Positions 1 to 8,756 of a DNA stretch of 26,554 bases are shown here, piece by piece (position 1 is the first letter of the stretch; every line of letters begins with the position of its first letter). The notes beneath the pieces were generated by a model, which saw only the letters and a program-made list of their open reading frames with translations, was not told the origin of the DNA and did not search any database. The translations under genes and the position numbers were made by a program. This DNA comes from Deinococcaceae bacterium (GTDB lineage Bacteria > Deinococcota > Deinococci > Deinococcales > Trueperaceae), in assembly GCA_040256005.1 (NCBI GenBank), contig JBDZWC010000030.1, forward strand, positions 1-26,554, written 5' to 3'.

Positions 1-102
1 CGATGGTAGTTGGGGGGCAGCTCCCTGCAAGAGTAGGTCAGTGCGAGGAGGTTATCTTGATCAGGCGCGGCCTGGGCTCAGGCCCGGTCGCGCCTACTGT
101 TA

Positions 103-178
<76 letters not shown>

Positions 179-189
179 TACGTAGTTCG

Positions 190-217
190 GGCCCGTCTCA
201 GACGGGCCTTTCTCTTT
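190..217 (+). terminator. Intrinsic terminator after tRNA-Gly
   Basis: Perfect stem GGCCCGTC-TCA-GACGGGCC followed by TTTCTCTTT, 11 nt after the tRNA CCA. Confidence 0.85.
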
Positions 218-312
218 CGGCCGCTGGGCGGATCTACTCCCCGGGCCCCTCCCAGGTCCGCCTCCGTAAACCGACCTGCGCGGTCAGGCCGGTCGCCGCT
301 CTAACCTGAGCC

Positions 313-1659
313 ATGGCGACCCCCGTGATGAGCGGGCTCCGCTCGGCTGGTGCGGCCGGTCGGCAGGCGCTGCTGAACGTCGTCGTGGCGGCGCTCTGCC
401 TGGCCGTCGCCTGCGTAGCGATCGCGACCCAGCCGCCCACAGCGGGTACTCTCGACCCGTCCAATCTCATCGCCTTCGTCACGACGAACGGTCACCTGGC
501 CGTCGTGGATCCGGACACACTGGAGGCCACCGTCTTCGGAACGGGGTTGCAGAGGGCGATCTTCCCCGCCTGGTCCTCGGACGGCAACAGGATCGCAGCG
601 GTGGTGGCCACCCCCGGAGCCTCGCATGTCGATGTCATCGACGTGGCGCACGGCGCGGGTCCCACGATCGTCCTTGGGGCCAGGGACAGGAGCCCTATCT
701 ACCTCAGCTGGTCGCCTGACGACAGGTACCTGGCGGTTCTCTCAGGTGCCCAGAACGCGCCGCTGGCGCTGGACATCGTGCGCGTCGAAGCCGCCCTCGC
801 CGGAGACGCGAACGCCCGCACGACGCTCTCGTTCGGGCAACCGTTCTACTGGGTATGGTCGCGGACCGGCAGGTCGCTCCTGGTTCACCGCGACGTGCTG
901 CGCGACGGCGCCCTCGTGGGCCTGAGCGGTGTCGACCAGTTCGAGGTCGCCGTGCCGTTGCCGTCGCCTGGGGCCTTCCAGTCACCCGACATCTCCGAAT
1001 CCGAGCGGTACCTGGCGTACGCGACCAGCGATGCGAACGGTAGCCGAGTCGTCGTCACCACGAACACGGCGCGCGGCGGCGACGGCCGGGTGGTTGCGGA
1101 GCTCGCTCACGACGGCATGGTCGCGTTCGCCTGGCGCCCGGCCCACGAGCAGTTGAGCGTACAGGGCGCCACCACGTCCGGCATCTTCACGGGCCCGGTA
1201 GAGATCCTCGACGTGCCGAGCGGCGCGTCGCGCGTCCTGACGACGGACACGGTGCTCGCCTCGTTCTGGTCCCCTGACGGCCGCTGGCTGGCGACGCTGG
1301 GGCGCGAGGACGGCGACGAGCGGGTCGCCCAAGCCCAGGACCTGCAGCACGTCCGGTCCCACCCGCCGCTGCGACACGTCCAGTCACGGCCCCCGTTGGT
1401 GCGTTTGCGTTTCTACGATGTCGACGCCCAGACCTTGGTCGAGGGGGGCGCCCTGAGACTGTCGGCGGCGTTCGTCTCCCAGTACCTGCCGTTCTTCGAC
1501 CAGTACTCGCGTTCGCACAGCTTGTGGGCGCCCGACTCGAGCGCCATAGTGCTGCCGACGTTCGACGAGGAGACCGGTTCCACGCTCGTCGTGTTCAGGG
1601 TGGACGGCACGTCCACCGACTTGGTCCCTGGCGACATGCCAGCTTGGAACGTGCGCTGA
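313..1659 (+). CDS. Exported TolB-like (PD40/WD40-like) beta-propeller protein
   Basis: N-terminal hydrophobic signal-like segment and repeated PD40-type motifs (PAWSSDG, LSWSPDD, FAWRP, FWSPDG, LWAPDS, C-terminal PAW). TAACCT lies 5 nt before the ATG. Confidence 0.75.
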   Translation: MATPVMSGLRSAGAAGRQALLNVVVAALCLAVACVAIATQPPTAGTLDPSNLIAFVTTNGHLAVVDPDTLEATVFGTGLQRAIFPAWSSDGNRIAAVVATPGASHVDVIDVAHGAGPTIVLGARDRSPIYLSWSPDDRYLAVLSGAQNAPLALDIVRVEAALAGDANARTTLSFGQPFYWVWSRTGRSLLVHRDVLRDGALVGLSGVDQFEVAVPLPSPGAFQSPDISESERYLAYATSDANGSRVVVTTNTARGGDGRVVAELAHDGMVAFAWRPAHEQLSVQGATTSGIFTGPVEILDVPSGASRVLTTDTVLASFWSPDGRWLATLGREDGDERVAQAQDLQHVRSHPPLRHVQSRPPLVRLRFYDVDAQTLVEGGALRLSAAFVSQYLPFFDQYSRSHSLWAPDSSAIVLPTFDEETGSTLVVFRVDGTSTDLVPGDMPAWNVR

Positions 1660-1728
1660 CCAGCCACAAGGGTGGCCACATGCGAAGTTCCTAGTGGGAA
1701 CCTGCGCGCCTCCGCGACGCGCTTGACC

Positions 1729-1956
1729 TCAGGTCTTGTTCGAGGACGCCCCGGCGATGACCATGATCAGGCCGGCCACCACGGCGACGCCGGCGGCTAT
1801 GTCGGGGATGGGGATCGACCGCTGCTGCTCGGCCTGCACCTCGATGGGCCCAAGGTCCACCGCGGTCCGCTCCTCCGTGTAGGTGATCCTCGGCACGACG
1901 AACCCGATGATGCCGAGGATTATCAGGATCACGCCGATCGTCGTCAGGCTCTTCAT
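1729..1956 (-). CDS. Small two-TM membrane protein (DUF3185-like)
   Basis: 75 aa with two hydrophobic helices flanking a 'DLGPIEV' loop; GGAGGT Shine-Dalgarno upstream on the minus strand. The family name is from recall only. Confidence 0.75.
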   Translation of the reverse strand: MKSLTTIGVILIILGIIGFVVPRITYTEERTAVDLGPIEVQAEQQRSIPIPDIAAGVAVVAGLIMVIAGASSNKT

Positions 1957-2283
1957 CGCGACCTCCGAAACCTTGCGCCTCGTAGGTAGGTCGATCGCTT
2001 ATGCCGAAGTCGGCACGGCAGGTTCGACCTTGGCGCGTACTCCGGCAAGCTTAGGGACGCCCCGATGCGGGGCGTGAGAGAGCGGTGAACCCACCGAGAC
2101 CGCACCTACCCACGCGGTCCGAACGTCGCGAACTGTGCGCCAAGTTCGCATTAGCCCACCGTGAGTGCCCTACCATCTCCTTGCTCGCAACACCGACGAG
2201 CAGGCCGGCCCCGGGGGTGCGGCCAGGCGCCTCGGGAGCCCGAGGTGCCGCGCGGGTCGATGCCCAGTGCCTTGGAGGCGACC

Positions 2284-5200
2284 ATGAACTGTCCTGTCTG
2301 CGGTCACCAGAACGCCGACGGGGCCCGGTTCTGCTCGAACTGCGGTACCCGCCTCGTGGAGCTTGGTCCGGTCGACGGCGAGCGCAAGCTCGTCAGCGTC
2401 CTGTTCGCCGACGTCGCTGGCTCCACACGCCTGACGGAGCTCCTGGGCGGCGAGGAGTGGGCGACGATCATGAACGGCGCCTTCTCGCTGATGAACCGGT
2501 CGGTGGCCAAGTACGGCGGCACGGTGGGCAGGCTGATGGGAGACGGCATCCTCGCCTTCTTCGGCGTGCCAATGGCCCACGAGGACGACGCCGAACGGGC
2601 CGTCCTGGCCGGCCTGGAGCTGCGGGACGCGGCAGACGCTTACAGTGACGACCTGGCGCAGCGGTACAAGGTCCGTCTGCCGCAGGGCATACCGCCGTTC
2701 GCGGTGCGGGTAGGCGTGAGCACGGGACAGACGGTGCTCACGACGGTAGGCGACGACGTACGGGCCGAGTTCACGGCCATGGGCGAGACGGCCAACCTGG
2801 CGGCCCGACTACAGTCACTGGCCGAAGCAGGTGGGATCCTCATAGACACGACCACGCACGGGCTGGTTCAGCACGCCGTGGAGGCCCTGCCGCTGGGCGC
2901 CAAGCAGGTGAAGGGCATCGCGCGGCCGGTGCAGGTGTTCGAGGTGCTGGGCGTGATGCCTGGCGGCGAGAGGCGGCGGGGGATCGAGGGCCTCAGCTCG
3001 CCGATCGTGGGCCGGGACGTCGAGATGACCACCCTGCGCGACAGGGTCAGGCGCCTGGCGCGCGACGAGGGGAGCTTCGTCTGCCTCATCGGCGAGGCCG
3101 GCCTGGGCAAGTCCCGCATGGTGGCCGACCTGCGCAAGCTCGCCGCCCACGACGTGGGTCGCGCCAAGGCCGAGCTGGGCTGGTACGAGGGGAGGGCGCT
3201 GTCGTATGCGAGCTCGCTGCCGTACTTCGCGCTCCGCGGCACGCTGCTCGACACCATGGGGCTCACCCAAGCCGACGCGAGAGACCAGGTGCGGGAGGCG
3301 CTGGCACGCGCCACCGCACAGGAGGGTTGGGAGGGTGAGCGCCACCGGCCCTACCTCGAACTCCTCCTCGCGGTCGAGGACGAGGCCACGGCGGACTCCG
3401 TGCGCGAGCTCGACGGCACGGTCCTGACCAGGCGCATCTCCGAGGCCGTGCTGGCCTACGTGCGGTGGTTCGTCACGGGTCCCACCGTCCTGGTGTTCGA
3501 GGACATCCATTGGGCGGACACCGCCACGGTCCGGTTGCTGTCCGAGCTGGCCGCGCTGACGGCGCCCGGCGAGCTGCCGCTCATGATCCTCGCCGTCACG
3601 AGGCCGGACAGGCAGTCGCCCGCCTGGCGCCTGGCGGACGCGGCCAAGGAGAACGCCGGCGGGGCGTACGTGGAGCTGAAGCTCGCACCGCTGGACGAGA
3701 ACGGTTCGCGCGAGCTACTCACGCAGTTGCTGGGCGGCGAGGACCTGGGACCCGTGCTGGCGCGTGTGCTGGAGCGTTCCGACGGCAACCCGTTCTACCT
3801 CGAGGAGGTGCTCAGGTCCCTCATCGAGGCCGGTCACGTCACGCGGGAGAACGGGCGGTGGGTCGTCAAGGGCGACATCGAGGACGCCCAGGTGCCCGGC
3901 ACCCTCGAGGGCGTGCTGAGCGCGCGCATCGACAGGTTGCCGGAGCGCGCCAGGCAGGTGGCGCAGACGGCCGCCGTGGTCGGCCGCACGTTCCCACGCA
4001 GCGTCGTGGACTCCGTGTTCTCTCACCCGTCGAACCCGTGGCGCCTGGAGGACGTCGGACCTCAGCTGGAGACCCTCAGCACCGAGGAGTTCGTCAGGCT
4101 CATGACCGGGCCGCCGGACGAGGAGTACGCCTTCAAACACGTGCTCACGCAGGAGGCCGCGTACGGACGTCTGCTCACCACCAGGCGAGCTCTCCTGCAC
4201 CGGCTGGTCGCGGAGGTGCTGGAACGGCAGTACGTCGACCGCCTGGCCGACGCGGCCGCGATGCTCGCCCACCACTTCGAGAGCGCCGAGCAGTGGCTCA
4301 AGGCGGCGGACTACTACCGCACGGCCGGTGACCGGGCGCTACGGCTGAACGAGCTGACCGAGGCGCTGAGGCTCTACGACGCCGCCCTCAAGTCGCTCGA
4401 CTCCCACGCCGACAAGGTGGATCAGGACGCTGCCTGGCTCTTCGCCACGGTGCACACGCTGGCCGAGTGGGTGAGGATCGCGACGATAGCCAAGCGCCAC
4501 GAGGACGCCGAGTTCCGCCGGGAACAGCTGATCCCACAAGCGCTCAGGAACGTGGACTTGGCGAGGCGGCTCGAGGACGATCAGGCGCTGGTCCGGGCGC
4601 TCGTTCAGCTCGGCAACGTGTACGTGCTGTCGGGAGAGCCGGGCACCGGTTTCGGGTACCTGCTCGAGGCGCACGACCTGGCCGAAGACTTCGGTGACCA
4701 GCGGGTGTTCCTGCTGCCGCTGTGGGCCAGCACGGAGCTCATACTCAACGACGACCCCAGCGTGGCCGAGAAGCGCTTCGCCGAGATCATCGACATCGCC
4801 CACGGCCAGGCCGGCGACAGGGCGGTCGAGGCGCACGCGCTCGCCTCTCGTGCGGTGGCCCTCGCCAGGATGGGCCGCTTCGAGGAGAGCCTGGCGCTCA
4901 TGCCACGGGCGCTGGAGGCGGCCGACGCCAGCGGTTCGGTCATCAAGGTGGCGGACGTCAACATGCTGATCGGCGGCGCCCTCATGGACATGGGGCACGG
5001 CGACCTGGGCCTGCGGTACGTGATGTACGGCCGGGACAAGGCCCTCAGCATCGAGGGCCGGGAGTGCGCGACCGCTGGCCTGCTGCTCACCGGGATCGGC
5101 GAGCTGGCGCGCCGGCAGATAGACCCCGCCATCCAGAACCTCGACCTGTCGGAGGAGATGGCCGTTGGCACGGTCATGGAGTCGCACCTCTACAACCAGC

Positions 5201-5595
5201 GCGCGGCGCGGGCGGCTTGCGAGGTGCAGCGTGGCGACGTCACGGCCGCGGAACGGCTCCGTGAGCAGCTCGAACGTGCCGAGGCCATGCAGGACGGCTA
5301 CGGGCGGTCGATGGCCGCCATGTTCCTGGCCGAGTCCCTGGTGGACAGCAGCAGGCCGGAGGAGGCCCTGCTCCACGCCGGCTCGGCCCTGGAGTGGTAC
5401 CGCGAGAGAGGGATGACTCCGTACGTCATCAGGGGGCTGAAGGTGCTGGCAGCCGCCGACGAGGCCCTCGGCAGGCAGCCGCAAGCGGACGCGGCGCGGT
5501 CCGAGGCGGCGCGGTTGAAGGCCACGCTGCCGGTCGTGGACCCGTCGTTCCTCGGTGAACCCGGTACCGAACGGGCGGTGCAAGCCGTAGCCTAG
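2284..5595 (+). CDS. Zn-ribbon + class III adenylate/guanylate cyclase + STAND (AAA_16-type) ATPase + TPR-like protein
   Basis: GGAGG precedes ATG 2284, so the start is moved from the ORF track's 2161. Motifs: CPVC...CSNC ribbon; cyclase VLFADVAGST, RLMGD, TAMGETANLAARLQ; Walker A GEAGLGKS; Walker B VLVFEDIHWAD; STAND GNPF; helical repeat C-terminus. Confidence 0.93.
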   Translation: MNCPVCGHQNADGARFCSNCGTRLVELGPVDGERKLVSVLFADVAGSTRLTELLGGEEWATIMNGAFSLMNRSVAKYGGTVGRLMGDGILAFFGVPMAHEDDAERAVLAGLELRDAADAYSDDLAQRYKVRLPQGIPPFAVRVGVSTGQTVLTTVGDDVRAEFTAMGETANLAARLQSLAEAGGILIDTTTHGLVQHAVEALPLGAKQVKGIARPVQVFEVLGVMPGGERRRGIEGLSSPIVGRDVEMTTLRDRVRRLARDEGSFVCLIGEAGLGKSRMVADLRKLAAHDVGRAKAELGWYEGRALSYASSLPYFALRGTLLDTMGLTQADARDQVREALARATAQEGWEGERHRPYLELLLAVEDEATADSVRELDGTVLTRRISEAVLAYVRWFVTGPTVLVFEDIHWADTATVRLLSELAALTAPGELPLMILAVTRPDRQSPAWRLADAAKENAGGAYVELKLAPLDENGSRELLTQLLGGEDLGPVLARVLERSDGNPFYLEEVLRSLIEAGHVTRENGRWVVKGDIEDAQVPGTLEGVLSARIDRLPERARQVAQTAAVVGRTFPRSVVDSVFSHPSNPWRLEDVGPQLETLSTEEFVRLMTGPPDEEYAFKHVLTQEAAYGRLLTTRRALLHRLVAEVLERQYVDRLADAAAMLAHHFESAEQWLKAADYYRTAGDRALRLNELTEALRLYDAALKSLDSHADKVDQDAAWLFATVHTLAEWVRIATIAKRHEDAEFRREQLIPQALRNVDLARRLEDDQALVRALVQLGNVYVLSGEPGTGFGYLLEAHDLAEDFGDQRVFLLPLWASTELILNDDPSVAEKRFAEIIDIAHGQAGDRAVEAHALASRAVALARMGRFEESLALMPRALEAADASGSVIKVADVNMLIGGALMDMGHGDLGLRYVMYGRDKALSIEGRECATAGLLLTGIGELARRQIDPAIQNLDLSEEMAVGTVMESHLYNQRAARAACEVQRGDVTAAERLREQLERAEAMQDGYGRSMAAMFLAESLVDSSRPEEALLHAGSALEWYRERGMTPYVIRGLKVLAAADEALGRQPQADAARSEAARLKATLPVVDPSFLGEPGTERAVQAVA

Positions 5596-5599
5596 GGCC

Positions 5600-7291
5600 A
5601 TGCCAGACGAAAGCGCCTCCACCACCGGGGCGCGACCCAGGAAGCCGCTGATCGTAGCGGTCGATGACGACCCGTCCGTTCTCGCCTCCGTGTCCCGGGA
5701 CCTGCGCCGTCACTACGGCGAGGCGTACCGCGTGCTGAGGGCCGACTCCGGCCAGCGCGGACTGGAGCTCACGGAGGAGGCCAAGCTGCGTGGCGACGAC
5801 GTCGCCCTCTTCTTGGTCGACCAACGCATGCCGCAGATGAGCGGGCTCGAGTTCATCGGCCGCGCGCGGGAGCTGTTCCCCGAGGCGCGCCGCGTGCTGC
5901 TCACCGCCTACGCGGACACCGAGGCGTCCATCAAGGCGATCAACGAGACCCGCTTGCACTACTACCTCATGAAGCCGTGGGACCCGCCGGAGGAGCGGCT
6001 CTACCCGGTGTTGGACGACCTGCTCGACGACTGGCGGGCCATCCACCAGCCGGTGTTCACCGGCGTGACGGTGGTGGGTCACGCCTACGCCCCGGCCTCG
6101 CACGCGTTGAAGGACTTCCTGACGAGGAACCTGGCGCCGTACCGGTGGCTGGACGTGGAGCTGAGCTCCGAGGCTCAAGAGCTCATGCGCCTGGCCGGCG
6201 CCGGCGCCGGCGACCTGCCGCTCGTGGTGCTGCCCGACGGCCAGCAGCTGGTCAAGCCCGAGCTCTTCGAGCTGGCCGGCCGCATCGGCCTCAAGCAGCG
6301 CCCGGAGCTCAAGTCCTATGACCTCGTCATCGTGGGCGCCGGACCGGCCGGGTTGGCCGCTGCCGTCTACGGCGCGTCGGAGGGCCTGAGCACGCTGCTC
6401 GTCGAGGCGGAGGCGCCGGGCGGTCAGGCCGGGCTGTCCTCGAGCATCGAGAACTACCTCGGCTTCCCCTCGGGCCTCTCCGGCGCCGACCTGACGCGGC
6501 GGGGCGTGACCCAGGCGCGGCGCTTCGGGGCCGAGATCCTCAACCCGGTGCGCGCGACGGGCATGCGGCTCGAGGACCCGTACCGGGTCATCACGCTCTC
6601 CGACGGCAACGAGGTGGCTGCCAGGGCTGTGCTCGTGGCGACGGGCGTGGCCTACCGCCGGCTCGACGTGCCTGGCGCCGACGACCTCACGGGCGCCGGC
6701 GTCTACTATGGTGCCGCGGTCACGGAGGCTATGTCGGTCCAGGGTTCACGGGCGCTGGTGGTGGGCGGAGGCAACTCGGCAGGCCAGGCCGCCATGTACC
6801 TGTCGCGCTTCGCCGAGGAGGTCTGGGTCCTCGTGCGAGGCAAGGACCTGGCGGCGAGCATGTCCAGTTACCTGATCGCGCAGCTACACGACAACGAGAA
6901 GGTCAAGCTGAAGTACCGCACACAGGTGCGTGCGGTGAACGGCGACGGCCGGCTCAGGACCGTGACGCTCACGGATCTCGACTCCAGCGCGGACTCGGAG
7001 CACGAGGCCGCGGCCGTGTTCGTCTTCATCGGCGCCGCGCCGCATACCGAGTGGTTGCCGCCCGAGGTCGCCAGGGACCCGCAGGGCTACGTGCTCTCGG
7101 GCTCGGACGTCGTCGTCGCCGACGGTGAGGAAGGGGCGCACCGACGCGAGCCCACGTGGCTCGAGACCAGCGTCCCGGGCGTGTTCGTGGCGGGCGACGT
7201 GCGTCACCGGTCCGTCAAGCGCATCGCCTCCGCGGTGGGCGAGGGCGCCATGGCCCTGCAGGGCATCCACCGTCATCTGTCGGGAGCGTGA
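5600..7291 (+). CDS. Response-regulator receiver domain fused to a thioredoxin-reductase-like FAD/NAD(P)H oxidoreductase
   Basis: REC motifs VAVDDD, LVDQRMP (phospho-Asp), LLTAY, MKPW. TrxB-fold motifs GAGPAG, IENYLGFP, VATG, GGGNSA, TSVPGVFVAGDV. No CxxC. Confidence 0.92.
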   Translation: MPDESASTTGARPRKPLIVAVDDDPSVLASVSRDLRRHYGEAYRVLRADSGQRGLELTEEAKLRGDDVALFLVDQRMPQMSGLEFIGRARELFPEARRVLLTAYADTEASIKAINETRLHYYLMKPWDPPEERLYPVLDDLLDDWRAIHQPVFTGVTVVGHAYAPASHALKDFLTRNLAPYRWLDVELSSEAQELMRLAGAGAGDLPLVVLPDGQQLVKPELFELAGRIGLKQRPELKSYDLVIVGAGPAGLAAAVYGASEGLSTLLVEAEAPGGQAGLSSSIENYLGFPSGLSGADLTRRGVTQARRFGAEILNPVRATGMRLEDPYRVITLSDGNEVAARAVLVATGVAYRRLDVPGADDLTGAGVYYGAAVTEAMSVQGSRALVVGGGNSAGQAAMYLSRFAEEVWVLVRGKDLAASMSSYLIAQLHDNEKVKLKYRTQVRAVNGDGRLRTVTLTDLDSSADSEHEAAAVFVFIGAAPHTEWLPPEVARDPQGYVLSGSDVVVADGEEGAHRREPTWLETSVPGVFVAGDVRHRSVKRIASAVGEGAMALQGIHRHLSGA

Positions 7292-8745
7292 TGGAGACCG
7301 GCGGGATCCACCTGGACTACCTGCGGCGCGTGCCGCTGTTGCAGGCCCTCTCCGACAAGGACCTGCTGGACCTGCTGCAGCGGGCAGAGGAGATCGTGCT
7401 CGAGCCGGGCACCGTGCTGTTCCGCGAGGGCGACCAGGGGGACGACCTCTACGTGGTGCTGGAGGGCGAGCTGCTCATCTCCCGCCGTGTGCGTGAGATC
7501 GACGACGTGATCGCCGCCCGCGGTCCCGGCGAGTTCGTGGGTGAGATGGCGGTGGTCGTAGGGCGTCCCCGTTCCGCCACCGTGACGGCCGGCAAGCGAA
7601 CCAGGCTGCTCAGGCTGGGTCGCGCCGCGTTCGAGGAGCTGTTGGCACGCTCGTCGCACGCGGCCACCGCGATCGTCGGCTGCATGGCCACGCGCATCGA
7701 GGACGAGCAGGTGAACAGGTCGCGGGACGAGAGGCTCGTGGCGTTGGGCACCATGGCCGCCGGCTTGGCTCATGAACTGAACAACCCGGCCTCGGCGCTG
7801 GCCCGCAGCACCGAGGCGTTGGGTGAGGCGCTGGCGGCCCGCGACCGTTCCGTCATGCAGCTCCTCTCCGGCGAACTGTCGCCCGCGGAGAAGGAGATCG
7901 TCATGAAGCTGGGCGAGGCTTCCACCTCGCGATCCGCCGCTCCCGACGCCGGCGGGGATGGGCGGGGCCGGCCTTTGCCAGATCCCGACGAAGAGGACGA
8001 GCTCACGGACTACCTCACCGACATCGGCCTCGAGGAGCCATGGGAGGCCGCCCCGGCTCTCCTGCAGGCAGGTTGGACGATAGACGACGTGAGGTCGGCG
8101 TTGGCGTCCTTCCAGGCGGCCAACCGGCCGGCGGTGGCGCGGTGGCTCGCCACCGATGCGGTCTCGCGCGTGCTGTTGGACGAGATCGCCATGGCGACCG
8201 GCTCGATCGTGGCGCAGGTCAAGGCCGTCAAGGTGTCCAGCCACATGGACAGGGCCTCGTTCGACGAGGTGGACGTCCGAGAAGGGCTGGAGAGCGCCCT
8301 GGTCATGGTGAAGCGCAAGCTGGGCTCCGGCGTCAAGGTGGTGAGGGAGTACGACCCCGACCTGCCGCGCATCGAGGCGTTCCCAGGCGAACTGAACCAG
8401 GTGTGGACCAACCTCATAGACAACGCTCTTGACGCCATGGGCGGCTCAGGCGTACTGACGCTGCGCGTGCAGGGCGGCGAGGGCCAGGTCTCGATCGAGG
8501 TCTCCGACACCGGGCCGGGGATCCCCGCCGAGGTGCTCCCCAAGCTCTTCGAGCCCTACTTCACGACCAAGGGCGTCGGCGAGGGCACCGGCCTGGGCCT
8601 ACCCCTGGCCCTCAAGACCGTCGAGCAACGCCACGGCGGACGTATCAGGGTCGCCTCGATGCCGGGGTCGACGACCTTCAGGGTTACGCTGCCCATCGCC
8701 AGAAGGAAGGCGTTCGCGGCGGCAGCACAGCCAGCCGACGAGTGA
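7291..8745 (+). CDS. Cytoplasmic histidine kinase with N-terminal cyclic-nucleotide-binding domain
   Basis: ATG overlaps the upstream TGA (TGATG). CNBD motifs LFREGD, GEFVGEMA, RSATV. Kinase boxes AHELNNP (H), NLIDNA (N), DTGPGI (G1), FEPYFTTK (F), GTGLGL (G2). No TM segment seen. Confidence 0.93.
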   Translation: METGGIHLDYLRRVPLLQALSDKDLLDLLQRAEEIVLEPGTVLFREGDQGDDLYVVLEGELLISRRVREIDDVIAARGPGEFVGEMAVVVGRPRSATVTAGKRTRLLRLGRAAFEELLARSSHAATAIVGCMATRIEDEQVNRSRDERLVALGTMAAGLAHELNNPASALARSTEALGEALAARDRSVMQLLSGELSPAEKEIVMKLGEASTSRSAAPDAGGDGRGRPLPDPDEEDELTDYLTDIGLEEPWEAAPALLQAGWTIDDVRSALASFQAANRPAVARWLATDAVSRVLLDEIAMATGSIVAQVKAVKVSSHMDRASFDEVDVREGLESALVMVKRKLGSGVKVVREYDPDLPRIEAFPGELNQVWTNLIDNALDAMGGSGVLTLRVQGGEGQVSIEVSDTGPGIPAEVLPKLFEPYFTTKGVGEGTGLGLPLALKTVEQRHGGRIRVASMPGSTTFRVTLPIARRKAFAAAAQPADE

Positions 8746-8756
8746 GAGAGGTCAGT

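Noticed and set aside
2161..2283. N-terminal extension of the cyclase ORF from GTG 2161
   Set aside because: Low-complexity translation over hairpin-rich sequence; the SD and Zn ribbon point to ATG 2284.
7156..7290. Upstream extension of the histidine kinase ORF
   Set aside because: Overlaps the oxidoreductase; the TGATG coupling at 7291 is the more plausible start.
5600..7291. Calling this gene trxB
   Set aside because: It lacks the catalytic CxxC and is fused to a receiver domain.
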